Shown piece by piece: positions 17,363-27,212 of a stretch of DNA of 64,000 nucleotides (its first letter is position 1; every line of letters begins with the position of its first letter). Under the pieces are notes generated by a model. It was not told the origin of the DNA, did not search any database, and saw only the letters and a program-made list of their open reading frames with translations. Position numbers and translations under genes: made by a program. Source of the stretch: Candidatus Beckwithbacteria bacterium GW2011_GWC1_49_16 (GTDB lineage: Bacteria; Patescibacteriota; Microgenomatia; UBA1400; CG1-02-47-37); assembly GCA_001029675.1 (NCBI GenBank), contig CP011210.1:256193-320192 (forward strand), in the 5' to 3' direction.

Positions 17363-17370
17363 AGTTAAGT

Positions 17371-18099
17371 ATGAAGTTAAGTAAGACAAAGGTTTATATA
17401 GTGTTGCTGCTAATCAGCGGTTTATTGTGGTGGGGTGATGGACGAGAATATTTTGACTGGTTAAGGCGGCCGGCGGCAAGGATTTTTCAACCTTTACGGG
17501 CCAAGCTGTATCAAACCCAAATTAAGCCAGAGCCGGAAAGGGCGGAGAAGCTGCAACAGCAGTACGATTTGCTGACTGTCGAGGCAATGAAGTTAAGAGA
17601 AGAAAACGAAAGTTTAAGAAAGCTTTTGGGGGCAAATTTACCGGCGTCGATGGCTTTTATCCCGGCTAAAATTTTAAAGCTTGATGAAGACGAAATCCGG
17701 CTTGATGTCGGCAGTGACCAGGGGGTCAAGACAGGCCAGACGGTGATCGGCGACGGGGCGCTTGTCGGTCAAGTGGTGGAGGTGACGGCGACCGAGGCGG
17801 TGGTGAGATTGCTTTTGAGCCAAGACAGCCGGGTCTTGGCGGTGACGGCCGGCGGGGCAGAGGGAGTGGTAGCGGGGTATTTGGCAGAGGCGGGGTTGAG
17901 ATTGACAGAGGTTTTAAACAAACATGAATTAAATCAGGGAGAGCTGGTGGTGAGTAAAGGAGGAGACGGGGTTAGGCCCGATTTGGGCATCGGCAGGGTG
18001 GCCGAGGTGTTCAAAGAGGACAGGCAAGTGTATCAGGAAGCCAAATTGGCCCCGATAGTTGATGTTTTAAGCTTAAATCAGGTGTTTGTGATCCGGTAA
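17371..18099 (+). CDS. mreC: rod shape-determining protein MreC
   Basis: N-terminal TM, coiled coil, then beta-rich domain (GDGALVGQVVEVTATEAVVRLL). Confidence 0.8.
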   Translation: MKLSKTKVYIVLLLISGLLWWGDGREYFDWLRRPAARIFQPLRAKLYQTQIKPEPERAEKLQQQYDLLTVEAMKLREENESLRKLLGANLPASMAFIPAKILKLDEDEIRLDVGSDQGVKTGQTVIGDGALVGQVVEVTATEAVVRLLLSQDSRVLAVTAGGAEGVVAGYLAEAGLRLTEVLNKHELNQGELVVSKGGDGVRPDLGIGRVAEVFKEDRQVYQEAKLAPIVDVLSLNQVFVIR

Positions 18100-18101
18100 G
18101 C

Positions 18102-18407
18102 CTACTGACCTAAAATCATCTCCATGCCCTGGCGGTGAAGGTCGAGGATGGCGTCGACTTTTTGGGTAAAACTCAATGGTTCGGCGCCGATTTGCTTGAT
18201 GGTAAGTTGGTTGAGGCCGGAGTTTGCCGGTTGGTCGGCGGGATAATCAAGCTCGTCGGCTAAAGGGTCGGGAGGGATAGCTTCTTCGATTAAAATGGCG
18301 TTTATGGCCGGCAAAGACGAGGGGACGATGAGGATGGGGTAAGCCAAATAAATGAACATGAGAGTCAAGATGAAGACCAACGAACGCCAGAGGATCCTTA
18401 AAGACAT
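18102..18407 (-). CDS. hypothetical small membrane protein (uncertain ORF lying in the mreC-mreD gap)
   Basis: ORF with an N-terminal TM helix and an acidic tail; it fills an otherwise unusual 330-nt gap. Confidence 0.2.
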   Translation of the reverse strand: MSLRILWRSLVFILTLMFIYLAYPILIVPSSLPAINAILIEEAIPPDPLADELDYPADQPANSGLNQLTIKQIGAEPLSFTQKVDAILDLHRQGMEMILGQ

Positions 18408-18432
18408 AACTGAAATAGTATATCATGGGGTC

Positions 18433-18705
18433 ATGGAACGAATTAGGCTGATTATTTGGTTGTTGGCGATATCATTAATGGTGCTTCAAACCAGTGTTGT
18501 TGGTGGCAATTGGCTGTGGTTGGTGGTGGCGTGGTGGGGGGCGCGGGGAGATTTTTTGGAGATTTTTTTGGCAGGACTAGCTTTGGATTTAATCGGCGGC
18601 ACCAGGCTGGGAGTAACCAGCTTAGAGTTTCTGGGAGGGGGCTTGGTGGTTTATTTTGCGGCAAGATGGGTGAGGCAGCCCGACTATGGCAAGTTTGGTT
18701 TTTAA
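18433..18705 (+). CDS. mreD: rod shape-determining protein MreD (start chosen at an internal Met)
   Basis: Small polytopic membrane protein lying between mreC and mrdA, which is the conserved operon position. Confidence 0.45.
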   Translation: MERIRLIIWLLAISLMVLQTSVVGGNWLWLVVAWWGARGDFLEIFLAGLALDLIGGTRLGVTSLEFLGGGLVVYFAARWVRQPDYGKFGF

Positions 18706-20125
18706 GTGGTTTGAAGCGGCTTTGGTGGCCGTTTTTATGGTCTTGGTCGGCAGGGTGATGGTGCTGACGGTATGGGAGGGAAGTTACTATCGGGAATTGG
18801 CTGAAGGCAACCGGGTCGAGGTGGTCGACCTGCCGGCGGACCGGGGAGTGATGTATGACAGAAATGGAGTCCAGCTAGTCAGGAATACGCCGGAAGGCAG
18901 GGAATACATTTTTGGCAAAGCCCTGGCCCACGTTTTGGGGCACGTGGGGGAGATTAGCCAATTCGAGGGGGACACCGTGGGCAAGGTGGGACTGGAAAAG
19001 GAGTACGACGCGGTTTTATCAGGACAAGACGGGGCCTTGTTAGTAGAAAAGGACGCCGAGGGCAAGCTGGTCAGGGAAGTGGGCCGGAAAGACCCGGTGG
19101 CGGGAGAGAGTTTAGAGTTGACTGTGGATGTTTCTTTGCAGCAGAAAGCCTTTCAGGTTTTGGCGGGAAGATTAGGAGCGGTGATAGCTAGCGACTCTCA
19201 AACCGGAGAAATTTTGGCCTTGGTTTCTGGCCCGGCGTTTGACCCGAATAAAGTGGAGGAGGCTTTGGCTGATTCCAAATTGCCTTTGTTTGACCGGGCG
19301 ACTTCGGGTGAGTACCCGCCCGGTTCGGTTTTTAAAGTGGTGACGGCGACTGCCGGTTTGGAGGAGGGTCGGGTAAACGAGTCGACCCAAATCGAGGATA
19401 CGGGGGAGATCGTCATCGGCGACTTTCGCTACGGCAACTGGTACTACGATCAGTACGGCAGGAAAGAGGGCCTGCTTAATATTGTCAGGGCTATCGCCCG
19501 AAGTAACGACATCTTTTTTTACAAAATGGGTGAAGCTTTAGGGATTACCGCCCTGTCTGACTGGGCCAAATACTTTGGAGTCGGCCGGGCGGTGGGAATA
19601 GATTTACCGGGCGAGGCCAACGGCCTGATGCCGGATCCTGACTGGAAACAAAAATATATCGGGGAAAGCTGGTACCTGGGCGATACCTATATTTCTGCCA
19701 TAGGCCAGGGGAATATCTTGATGACACCTTTACAAGTCAACCAAATGATGAGCATTGTTGCCAGCGGCGGCCGCTGGTGCCGGCCTCACCTGGTAAAGTC
19801 CGAAACCAACTGTCAGAAGTTGGACATCAGTAACAAAACCATTGCTACGGTGACCGAGGGGTTAAAGCAAGTCACCGAGACCGGCGGGACGGCCTGGCCG
19901 TTTTTCGACTTTACGGTTGATGGCGAAAGAATCTTGGTGGCGGGTAAGACCGGCACGGCCGAGTACGGCGATCCGGATGATAAAACTCACGCCTGGTTTA
20001 CCGCTTTTGCGCCCGCCGATGAGCCGGAAATTGTGGTGACCGTTTTATTGGAAGGGGCGGGCGAGGGGTCAAACGAAGCCGCGCCGGTGGCCAAAGAATT
20101 ACTCGCGGAGTGGTTTAGGCGTTAG
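18686..20125 (+). CDS. mrdA: penicillin-binding protein 2 (transpeptidase), short form
   Basis: N-terminal TM, dimerisation domain, transpeptidase motifs (SVFK-type SxxK region, KTGTAE). Confidence 0.85.
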   Translation: MASLVFKWFEAALVAVFMVLVGRVMVLTVWEGSYYRELAEGNRVEVVDLPADRGVMYDRNGVQLVRNTPEGREYIFGKALAHVLGHVGEISQFEGDTVGKVGLEKEYDAVLSGQDGALLVEKDAEGKLVREVGRKDPVAGESLELTVDVSLQQKAFQVLAGRLGAVIASDSQTGEILALVSGPAFDPNKVEEALADSKLPLFDRATSGEYPPGSVFKVVTATAGLEEGRVNESTQIEDTGEIVIGDFRYGNWYYDQYGRKEGLLNIVRAIARSNDIFFYKMGEALGITALSDWAKYFGVGRAVGIDLPGEANGLMPDPDWKQKYIGESWYLGDTYISAIGQGNILMTPLQVNQMMSIVASGGRWCRPHLVKSETNCQKLDISNKTIATVTEGLKQVTETGGTAWPFFDFTVDGERILVAGKTGTAEYGDPDDKTHAWFTAFAPADEPEIVVTVLLEGAGEGSNEAAPVAKELLAEWFRR

Positions 20126-21777
20126 CGGTTTTTGCAGTATTTTAAGCACAGGGTGGGGTTGGGGGCGGTGCGACAAAGGTCTTGGCAATTTAGTGTGGTT
20201 GGTGGAGGAGTTGGGCTGGGACTGGGTGAGGGCGAGGGATACGGGTCAGGCGGGGGTGGGTTGTCAGCCTCAGGAAGATAGTCGGGGAAGGCGGTGGCCT
20301 CTTTCAGATTTAAGATATATTTCCACCAGTTGTTGAGCCGGGATGCGGTTGAGCCGGAGACCCTGGGTAAATGGCTAAACCAGTATTTATGAAAGTCGTA
20401 GCCGCTGCAGTTCCAGGCTTGGCAGTTTAAGTTTTGTTTGGCTTCGGTTAAGTCGGGATAGTTGACCCAGTCCTGACAGGTGCTTGGAACATAGGTTTGG
20501 TTGCTCCAGTCGTAGTCGGTAACCGAGTTGGGAGCGTAATGAATTGAACCGCAACCGCTGTAGTCGTAGTTCGGAGATTGAGCTTTTACTAAGGCGAATT
20601 TGTCCCAGTCATGGGCGGTGCGGTTTTGTGCCCAGCCGCCAAATGCTTGGGTTAGGGCCGACTCGGCCCTGTGGCCAAAACTTTCCAATGCCTCGTTGAT
20701 TTGTCTTTGGTAATTAAGGCCCATGATGGGCAGTTGACGTTGGCAGCCGGTGCCAGCCAGGGGGGGTGAGTTGTACCAAAAGGTGTCGGGTCCGGCCAGG
20801 CGAGATTCGTAAAAGCCAAACCAGGGTCCACCCCAAATCCAAAGCTCGTCTATTTGATTATCATTGACTCGATCGCAGATGTTGAATTGATCAAGGATTT
20901 TTAGATAATCTGCGGTGGCCGCGTCACAGTTGCCTTGAGCCATACAATCAAGGTAACTCTCGTCGGTAAAGTCAAAGCCGGATTCTTTTACTGGGAAGTC
21001 ATCGATGTCTTGCCAGTTGACGATTTGGTAGTTGACGTAGTAGTCGCTGACGGTTTTAAAATCTTGAACCAGCTGGTTGGTTAATTGTTGAGGGTCCTGC
21101 CAGTTATAGTAGTCATAGAGTTTGACTTTATCCTGACTTTCTAAAATTGGTCGGTAGTTGAGAACAACAACCTTGGTAGCTGTGGCTTGGTTGGGGCCCT
21201 GGATAGTGATGATTAGTTTGGCCGCCTTTTCTTCCTCCCGTTCGTAAGCATAGACCCGGCGGATGGTGGCAGATTGAGAGTCAAGAATGATGGTGAGGTT
21301 ATTGCCGGCTTGCCAGTCGGCTTGGTCGACGATTTCTTGAATCACCGGGGCAAGATCGGGAGTAGTTTTGGTGGTGTTAAAGTCCCAGTTGTCGGTGATG
21401 GTCCAGGCAGAGGTGTTGGTGGTGGGAGTTAAGTCTTTGGGTTGACGGCTGGTGCTTAAGGGGGTGGAGTCGGCGGTAGCTTCGGCGGCGATGGTAACGT
21501 TTAGGGGGTCGGTATAAGGGCCGTCGACGGTAAACTGCAAATGAGCCGAGACTACTTGGGAGCCTTGAATTATGGGGAGATTTTCGAAGCGGAAAGCGGC
21601 GGTGTATTGAGTATCGGGGCAGTTAGGGTCAGCTCCGAGGTAAATTTCGTTTCTGGTTTGGGAGTAGTCGCAGCCGGAGGTGGCGTCGTTGGCGCCAGAG
21701 TTTATCTGAAGCCGGTGGTCGGCGTTGATCACTTGGGAGGACCCCGTTTGGTAAATGGTGGGTTCGTTCCGAAACAA
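20122..21777 (-). CDS. secreted hypothetical protein (paralog A) with a PT-rich linker and a C-terminal Cys4 tail; the true start is probably upstream
   Basis: C-terminus ...SPSPSPSPTPPPTTLNCQDLCRTAPNPTLCLKYCKNR. Extending the frame upstream encodes a signal-peptide-like KFYFSSLIFIFFVAPLAGISLG before LFRNEPTIYQ, but it contains no ATG. Confidence 0.5.
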   Translation of the reverse strand: MFRNEPTIYQTGSSQVINADHRLQINSGANDATSGCDYSQTRNEIYLGADPNCPDTQYTAAFRFENLPIIQGSQVVSAHLQFTVDGPYTDPLNVTIAAEATADSTPLSTSRQPKDLTPTTNTSAWTITDNWDFNTTKTTPDLAPVIQEIVDQADWQAGNNLTIILDSQSATIRRVYAYEREEEKAAKLIITIQGPNQATATKVVVLNYRPILESQDKVKLYDYYNWQDPQQLTNQLVQDFKTVSDYYVNYQIVNWQDIDDFPVKESGFDFTDESYLDCMAQGNCDAATADYLKILDQFNICDRVNDNQIDELWIWGGPWFGFYESRLAGPDTFWYNSPPLAGTGCQRQLPIMGLNYQRQINEALESFGHRAESALTQAFGGWAQNRTAHDWDKFALVKAQSPNYDYSGCGSIHYAPNSVTDYDWSNQTYVPSTCQDWVNYPDLTEAKQNLNCQAWNCSGYDFHKYWFSHLPRVSGSTASRLNNWWKYILNLKEATAFPDYLPEADNPPPPDPYPSPSPSPSPTPPPTTLNCQDLCRTAPNPTLCLKYCKNR

Positions 21778-21910
21778 CCCCAGACTGATGCCGGCAAGCG
21801 GGGCGACAAAAAAGATGAAGATTAAGGAGCTAAAGTAAAACTTTTGAAAATAGGAGAGCTTTTCCAGATAGTTTAATCTAGCGTGAAAAGAGGACGGGTG
21901 TCAAGTAAGG

Positions 21911-23572
21911 CTAGCGGCAGTATCGAAGACACAACGTGGGGTTGGGGGTTTGTTGGCAGATTTGTTGACAGTTGGAGGAAGAAGGTGACGGAGTGGGCGT
22001 AGGTGTGGGTGAAAGGTAGGGGGTGGGGGAAGGTGTGGGTGTGGGGGAAGGGTTAGGTATCGGGGTGGGAAGAGGCAAGTCGGCTCTAAAAAGATGGACG
22101 TTGTAAGGGTTAAAAGTGGAGGTGGTGAAGTAAAAGCCCTGGCCGTTACCAACCATCAGGTTCTGATGGCTGAAGGCGCCGTAACAAGTGGGCAGGTTGC
22201 TTTGGCAATCTAGAAGAGTTTGGGGTGGGCTCCAAGGTCCCCAGAGGTTTTTGGCGGTAGTGAGCACCAGTTGGGCCGCTTGAGGGTTTAAGTAGCTGGC
22301 CTGCCAGAGGGAAAGATAAGGGTTGAAAACGACCGAGATTTCTCCGACCGGGTGGAAAGAAATGATAAAGCTGGCGTTTTGTTCTTGGTTAATCCACAGG
22401 CAATCGTTGGAGTCGGTCAGCTGGCAGAATTGGTAGGCGCTTGAGTCGGTGAGGTCGCCAGCGACGCGGGCTAGTTTGGCAAAGCCGGTTCTGCCGGCCG
22501 GAAGGCCAAAGAGGTAAATATATTCCGACGAGGGTGGTTTGACCGGGTAGATTTGGATAAAGTTTGAGTCAGAGCCGAAAAGGTTGTCGTGGCGGGTGAA
22601 GCTGGCGCCGTCGTTTTCGGAAACGGCCACGCCAGAAAAGTTTGCCTGCCAGTATCCGGGTTCGCCCCAACTTTTGACCGATTGGTAGAAGGCAAAGATT
22701 TTATTATCGTCAGATATGGCCCCGGTGGGAATCAAAGTAACTTCAGCGGCAAAGGTTTTGGAAGGGATGGCCTGTTTGACCTTTTTGTTTGCCAGAAGGT
22801 CAAAAATATGGTTTGACCGGGCGACGGTTTCTTGGTAGATGGCTTCAAACTGGGTGGCGGTGTCTTTGGCCCAGAGGTAATGGGCTTGGTAATCGAGATA
22901 GTCGCGGGCGCGGGTGGCCGGGTCATCGGGATTTTGGAAGGCAAAGCCGAGCAGGTTGAATCTAACGGCGGTTTTGGCGTAATAGGCGGCCAGCTGATCA
23001 GGCCCCTGGTTTTGATAAAAGGTAAGGATCTTTTTGAATTTACGGTTTAGCTCACCGGTTAAAACCGAAACTTCCTGGGTTCGGGACCATTGGTAGTAAA
23101 ACGAGTAGTTATCAAAGATGAGCTTGTCGATATCTTGGTTGGAGCTTTTTTCTTCTTCGGCTTGAATGACTGATTCCCGGGCGAAAAAGTCGGCCGGGTT
23201 TTTGTAGAGGTTTTGGGCGGTGATAAAGCTTAATTTTAGACAATCTTCCGGATCAGTATCCCGGGTAAAGGCTAAGATATTGGCCAGGTCGCTTTTGGGC
23301 TGATCCTGGCTTAAGTTGGTGTCGCCGAAGATAAAGTAAAGTTTATCTTTATGGGAGAAGCTGATGCCCAAATCGGTGCCTTTGACATTGGTAACGTTGG
23401 TGTTGTTGACGCCGGTTAACTGGCAGATTTGTTGGGTGGTGAAGGCTTCGGCCGCCGTCGCCCCCGGGATAGCCTGGTAGATTGCCGGCTCCGGGCGGCT
23501 TAAGAATACCGAGACGGGTCCCAAAACTAAAAAGGAAGCAAGAAAGAGTAAGAAAGATTTGTACTTAGCCAT
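21911..23572 (-). CDS. secreted protein (paralog B), DUF4185 / sialidase-like beta-propeller (tentative), with a PT-rich linker and a C-terminal Cys4 tail
   Basis: Signal peptide MAKYKSFLLFLASFLVLGPVSVFLS; LYFIFGDT and NLWGPWS motifs; C-terminus ...NCQQICQQTPNPTLCLRYCR. Confidence 0.5.
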   Translation of the reverse strand: MAKYKSFLLFLASFLVLGPVSVFLSRPEPAIYQAIPGATAAEAFTTQQICQLTGVNNTNVTNVKGTDLGISFSHKDKLYFIFGDTNLSQDQPKSDLANILAFTRDTDPEDCLKLSFITAQNLYKNPADFFARESVIQAEEEKSSNQDIDKLIFDNYSFYYQWSRTQEVSVLTGELNRKFKKILTFYQNQGPDQLAAYYAKTAVRFNLLGFAFQNPDDPATRARDYLDYQAHYLWAKDTATQFEAIYQETVARSNHIFDLLANKKVKQAIPSKTFAAEVTLIPTGAISDDNKIFAFYQSVKSWGEPGYWQANFSGVAVSENDGASFTRHDNLFGSDSNFIQIYPVKPPSSEYIYLFGLPAGRTGFAKLARVAGDLTDSSAYQFCQLTDSNDCLWINQEQNASFIISFHPVGEISVVFNPYLSLWQASYLNPQAAQLVLTTAKNLWGPWSPPQTLLDCQSNLPTCYGAFSHQNLMVGNGQGFYFTTSTFNPYNVHLFRADLPLPTPIPNPSPTPTPSPTPYLSPTPTPTPSPSSSNCQQICQQTPNPTLCLRYCR

Positions 23573-23599
23573 GAAATCAGGATATAGTGAAGGTTAGGC

Positions 23600-24478
23600 A
23601 TGAGTCAAGACGAGCTCAAGTACTGGGTGGGGGTGGCCGGGTTTGCCGGCATGGGGATAAAGCGGTTTACACTACTTAAAAAATACTTCGGGTCGGTGGA
23701 AGCGATTTGGCAGGCGTCGACAGGTAAACTAATATCTTTGGGAATAAAACCGGAAATGGCTAAAAGTTGGCAGGTGTGGCGCGAGGGCCGCGATCTCGAT
23801 CGGGAGATAGAAAGGTTGGGTAAGGAACTGATTAAAGTTATTACCATTGAAGATAGCAGGTACCCTAAACTATTAAAAGAGATTGACTTACCGCCATTTA
23901 TCTTGTTTGTTAAAGGTAAGGTAAACGTCCTAAACAGGCGGGCGGTAGCGGTGGTGGGGACGAGAAAGGTCAGCAGTTACGGCCGGAGGGTAACGGGTGG
24001 TCTGGTTAGTGGTTTAGTCAAAGAAAAACTGGTAGTGGTGTCGGGTTTGGCGCGGGGGGTGGACAGTTTGGCCCATCGGGCCACTTTGGCCGCCCGCGGA
24101 GTGACGGTGGCGGTTTTGGGGCACGGTTTAGACCGGGTCTATCCGCCTGAGAATCGACCTCTGGCAGAAGAGATCGTTCGCTCTGGTGGAGCCATCGTCA
24201 GTGAGTACCCCTTGGGTTATGGGATTCAAAAAGGCAATTTTCCGGCCCGAAACAGGATTGTGGCCGGTTTAAGTCTGGGAGTGGTGGTGACCGAGGGGGC
24301 GCACCGCAGCGGCACCAAGATCACGGCCGGTTTTGCGGCAGACTTCGGCCGCGAGGTTTTTGCCGTACCCGGGCCGGTAGGCAGTCCGACGTCCGTCGGA
24401 CCGGCAGATTTGATTAAACAGGGGGCAAAATTGGTGACGGGGGTCGAGGACGTTTTAGAGGAGTTGCCGCGGGGTTGA
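23600..24478 (+). CDS. dprA: DNA-processing protein DprA (Smf)
   Basis: Rossmann-like core AVVGTRKVSSYGRRVTGGLVSGL...VVSGLARGVDSLAH. Confidence 0.85.
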   Translation: MSQDELKYWVGVAGFAGMGIKRFTLLKKYFGSVEAIWQASTGKLISLGIKPEMAKSWQVWREGRDLDREIERLGKELIKVITIEDSRYPKLLKEIDLPPFILFVKGKVNVLNRRAVAVVGTRKVSSYGRRVTGGLVSGLVKEKLVVVSGLARGVDSLAHRATLAARGVTVAVLGHGLDRVYPPENRPLAEEIVRSGGAIVSEYPLGYGIQKGNFPARNRIVAGLSLGVVVTEGAHRSGTKITAGFAADFGREVFAVPGPVGSPTSVGPADLIKQGAKLVTGVEDVLEELPRG

Positions 24479-24511
24479 CAACATGTTATACAACATGTTA
24501 TATTAGGCTAT
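24475..24511 (+). promoter_or_regulatory. sigma70-like promoter (TTGACA, 17 nt, TTATAT) with a direct repeat acatgttata x2 (likely TA operator)
   Basis: ttgacaacatgttatacaacatgttatattaggctat immediately upstream of the RHH gene. Confidence 0.35.
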
Positions 24512-24781
24512 ATGTTAAAGACTTATCTTTACGTGCCAGACGAATTAAATCGTGAAGTCGAAGCTTTGGCTACGGCCGGTAAGACCAGCAAGGCGGCGGT
24601 GATCAGAAGTGCGCTTGATGCAGGAGTGAAAATGCTCAAGAGAAAAAAGACTGGTTCTGTGGAGGTTTTAAACCGAATAGCCGAGATTGGCAGAAAATAT
24701 AATCTTAAAGGGCCAAAGGATGCTTCTGCTAAGATGAATGAGTACCTCTGGGATAAAGATTGGAACAAAAAGGATGAATAA
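24512..24781 (+). CDS. ribbon-helix-helix (CopG/VapB-like) antitoxin
   Basis: 89 aa; RHH-like N-terminus; overlaps the downstream PIN gene by ATGAATAA. Confidence 0.55.
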   Translation: MLKTYLYVPDELNREVEALATAGKTSKAAVIRSALDAGVKMLKRKKTGSVEVLNRIAEIGRKYNLKGPKDASAKMNEYLWDKDWNKKDE

Positions 24782-25196
24782 ACAAACTTTGGTGGTGGGG
24801 GACGCAGATTCGATCGTGGCGCGAGCTAATCCCAACGACCTGAAGCACCAGGAAGCTAAAAAGATTACCGATAGACTTAGTGATTTGGAAGCCCAGCTTA
24901 TTTATCCTGTTACCGCTGTGGTTGAGGCGGTAACGTTTATTCAGCGAGCTTTAAATAGTGGGGCAACCGCTTATGGGACAGCGGTGGAGTTTATCGAGTC
25001 GGGGCAAGTGGCAGAGGTAGATGAAGAGATTTATTCCAGGGCCGTTAACGATTTTTTTGACGCCAGTGTCAGCAAACAGGATACTCTATTTGATTGTATC
25101 GTGGCTGCGGTGGCCAAGAAATACGGAGCGGAGGCGATTTTCAGTTTTGATAAGTTTTACCAAAAACACGGGTTTAAGTTGGCGTCAGAGCTGTAA
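24774..25196 (+). CDS. PIN-domain toxin (VapC-like)
   Basis: MNKQTLVVGDADSIV...FDCIVAAVAKKYGAEAIFSFDKFY, a PIN acidic quartet pattern; start overlaps the upstream stop. Confidence 0.65.
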   Translation: MNKQTLVVGDADSIVARANPNDLKHQEAKKITDRLSDLEAQLIYPVTAVVEAVTFIQRALNSGATAYGTAVEFIESGQVAEVDEEIYSRAVNDFFDASVSKQDTLFDCIVAAVAKKYGAEAIFSFDKFYQKHGFKLASEL

Positions 25197-25198
25197 AG

Positions 25199-27184
25199 AT
25201 GAAATTAATTGTGGTGGAGAGTCCGACAAAGGCCAAGACATTGTCTCGATTTTTAGGGGAAGACTATCAGATTGAGGCGTCGATGGGGCACATCAAGGAT
25301 TTACCTAAGAGCAAGTTGGGAGTCGATCTTGAAAAAAACTTTTTGCCCGACTACCAGGTAATCGAGGGCAAGAAAAAAGTGGTGGCGGCCTTGAAAAAGG
25401 CGGCCAATGGGGTAAGCGGGGTGATTTTAGCCACTGACCCGGACCGGGAAGGAGAAGCGATTGCGCGTCATGTTCAAGAGGTGTTGGGCGCAAATAACCA
25501 ATTTTCAAACTCCAATTTTCAAAGAATCGTCTTTCATGAGATTACTAAAACAGCGGTGTTGGGGGCGTTGGCGCACCCGGGAAAGGTGGATTTAAAGCTG
25601 GTAGATGCCCAAACCGCCCGCAGGGTTTTGGACCGGTTGGTTGGATATAAATTGTCGCCAATTTTATGGAAAAAGGTTCGTAGAGGTCTATCTGCCGGTA
25701 GGGTACAAAGCGTGGCAGTACGCTTAATTGTTGAGCGGGAGAAAGAAATCGAGGCTTTTTCGGCTATCGAGTATTGGGAGATTAAAGCACATCTTCGCGC
25801 GACCAAAGGCGAGGTTTGGTTTGATTTGGTTAAGGTCAATGGCAAGAAGCTTGAAGTGGGGAATAAAGAGCAAGCAGATAAGATTGTTGAGGATCTTGAA
25901 AAGGCTAAGTATAGACTAATAGAGGTAGCGGAGAAAGAGGTCAAGCGTTATCCAGCGCCGCCACTGATTACCTCGACTTTGCAGAGGAGTGCGGGCAATA
26001 GGTTTGGTTGGAGCGCCAAAAAGACTATGAGAGAGGCCCAAAGACTGTACGAAGAGGGTTTGATTACCTATCATCGGACAGATAGCGTTAATTTATCTGT
26101 GGTTGCTGTGGAAAAGGTGAGGAAAATGATTGAGGAAAGATACGGAGGCGAGTATTTGCCGGAAAAAGCGGTTTTTTATAAAGCCAAGTCTAAAATGGTC
26201 CAAGGAGCACACGAAGCGATACGGCCTACTGGGCTAAGCACAAAACATGAAGCACGAAGCACGAAACTAGGCAAAGGCGCGGTTTTGCTTTACCGGTTGA
26301 TTTGGGATAGGTTTGTGGCATCACAAATGAAGCCGGCAATAGTCAAAAGAACTATTGCCACTGGTGAAGCGAAAACGGACTCACTTTATTTATTTAAAGC
26401 GAAGGGCGAGCGGTTGGTGTTTGACGGCTGGTCAAAAATCAACGAAAAAATTAATTTACTGACAGTTCAGGAATTACCTCAACTAACAGAGGGAGAAGCG
26501 CTTCAATTAATTAAATTACAACCGGAGCAAAAATTTACCCAACCGCCGGCCCGCTTTACCGAAGCCAGTTTAATTAAAGAATTGGAGCAAAAGGGAATTG
26601 GCAGGCCGTCTACTTATGCGCCGATTATTTCTACCATTCTAATGCGTCAGTACGTAGAAAAAGAAGAAAGGAGTTTGAAGCCGACGGTGATTGGATTGAC
26701 GGTGACGGAGTTTTTGCTTAAACACTTCGCGGGCGTGATGGATTACGAGTTTACGGCTAAAATGGAAAACAATTTGGATCGGGTGGCGGAGGGCAAAGTG
26801 GTTTGGGTCAAGGTGGTAGAGGAGTTTTATCGGCCTTTTTCCGAGAGGCTAACCAAAACTGAGGAAAATGCCAAGAGGGTTAAAATCGCGGTAGAAAAAA
26901 CCGGTGAGGCCTGCCCGGAGTGTAAACAAGGCCTGCCTGCCGGCAGGCAGGGAGAGGTGGTAGTCAGAACCGGAAGGTTTGGCAAGTTTTTATCTTGCTC
27001 GCGGTTTCCGGAGTGCAAATACACGGCTAATTTCAAAGAGGTGGTCAGCGGAGTGGTTTGCGACAAGTGCGGCGGCCAGGTGGTGGTGAAAAAGACCAAA
27101 AAGGGTAAAAAGTTTTACGGTTGCGCCAATTACCCCAAGTGCGATTGGGCCAGCTGGAGCAAGCCCAAACCAAACAAAAGTTGA
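25199..27184 (+). CDS. topA: DNA topoisomerase I
   Basis: TOPRIM ESPTKAKT, active-site Tyr region, C-terminal Cys4 zinc ribbons (CPECK...C..C). Confidence 0.9.
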   Translation: MKLIVVESPTKAKTLSRFLGEDYQIEASMGHIKDLPKSKLGVDLEKNFLPDYQVIEGKKKVVAALKKAANGVSGVILATDPDREGEAIARHVQEVLGANNQFSNSNFQRIVFHEITKTAVLGALAHPGKVDLKLVDAQTARRVLDRLVGYKLSPILWKKVRRGLSAGRVQSVAVRLIVEREKEIEAFSAIEYWEIKAHLRATKGEVWFDLVKVNGKKLEVGNKEQADKIVEDLEKAKYRLIEVAEKEVKRYPAPPLITSTLQRSAGNRFGWSAKKTMREAQRLYEEGLITYHRTDSVNLSVVAVEKVRKMIEERYGGEYLPEKAVFYKAKSKMVQGAHEAIRPTGLSTKHEARSTKLGKGAVLLYRLIWDRFVASQMKPAIVKRTIATGEAKTDSLYLFKAKGERLVFDGWSKINEKINLLTVQELPQLTEGEALQLIKLQPEQKFTQPPARFTEASLIKELEQKGIGRPSTYAPIISTILMRQYVEKEERSLKPTVIGLTVTEFLLKHFAGVMDYEFTAKMENNLDRVAEGKVVWVKVVEEFYRPFSERLTKTEENAKRVKIAVEKTGEACPECKQGLPAGRQGEVVVRTGRFGKFLSCSRFPECKYTANFKEVVSGVVCDKCGGQVVVKKTKKGKKFYGCANYPKCDWASWSKPKPNKS

Positions 27185-27212
27185 TTTGGGCGGGTGATTT
27201 TAGTACATTTGA

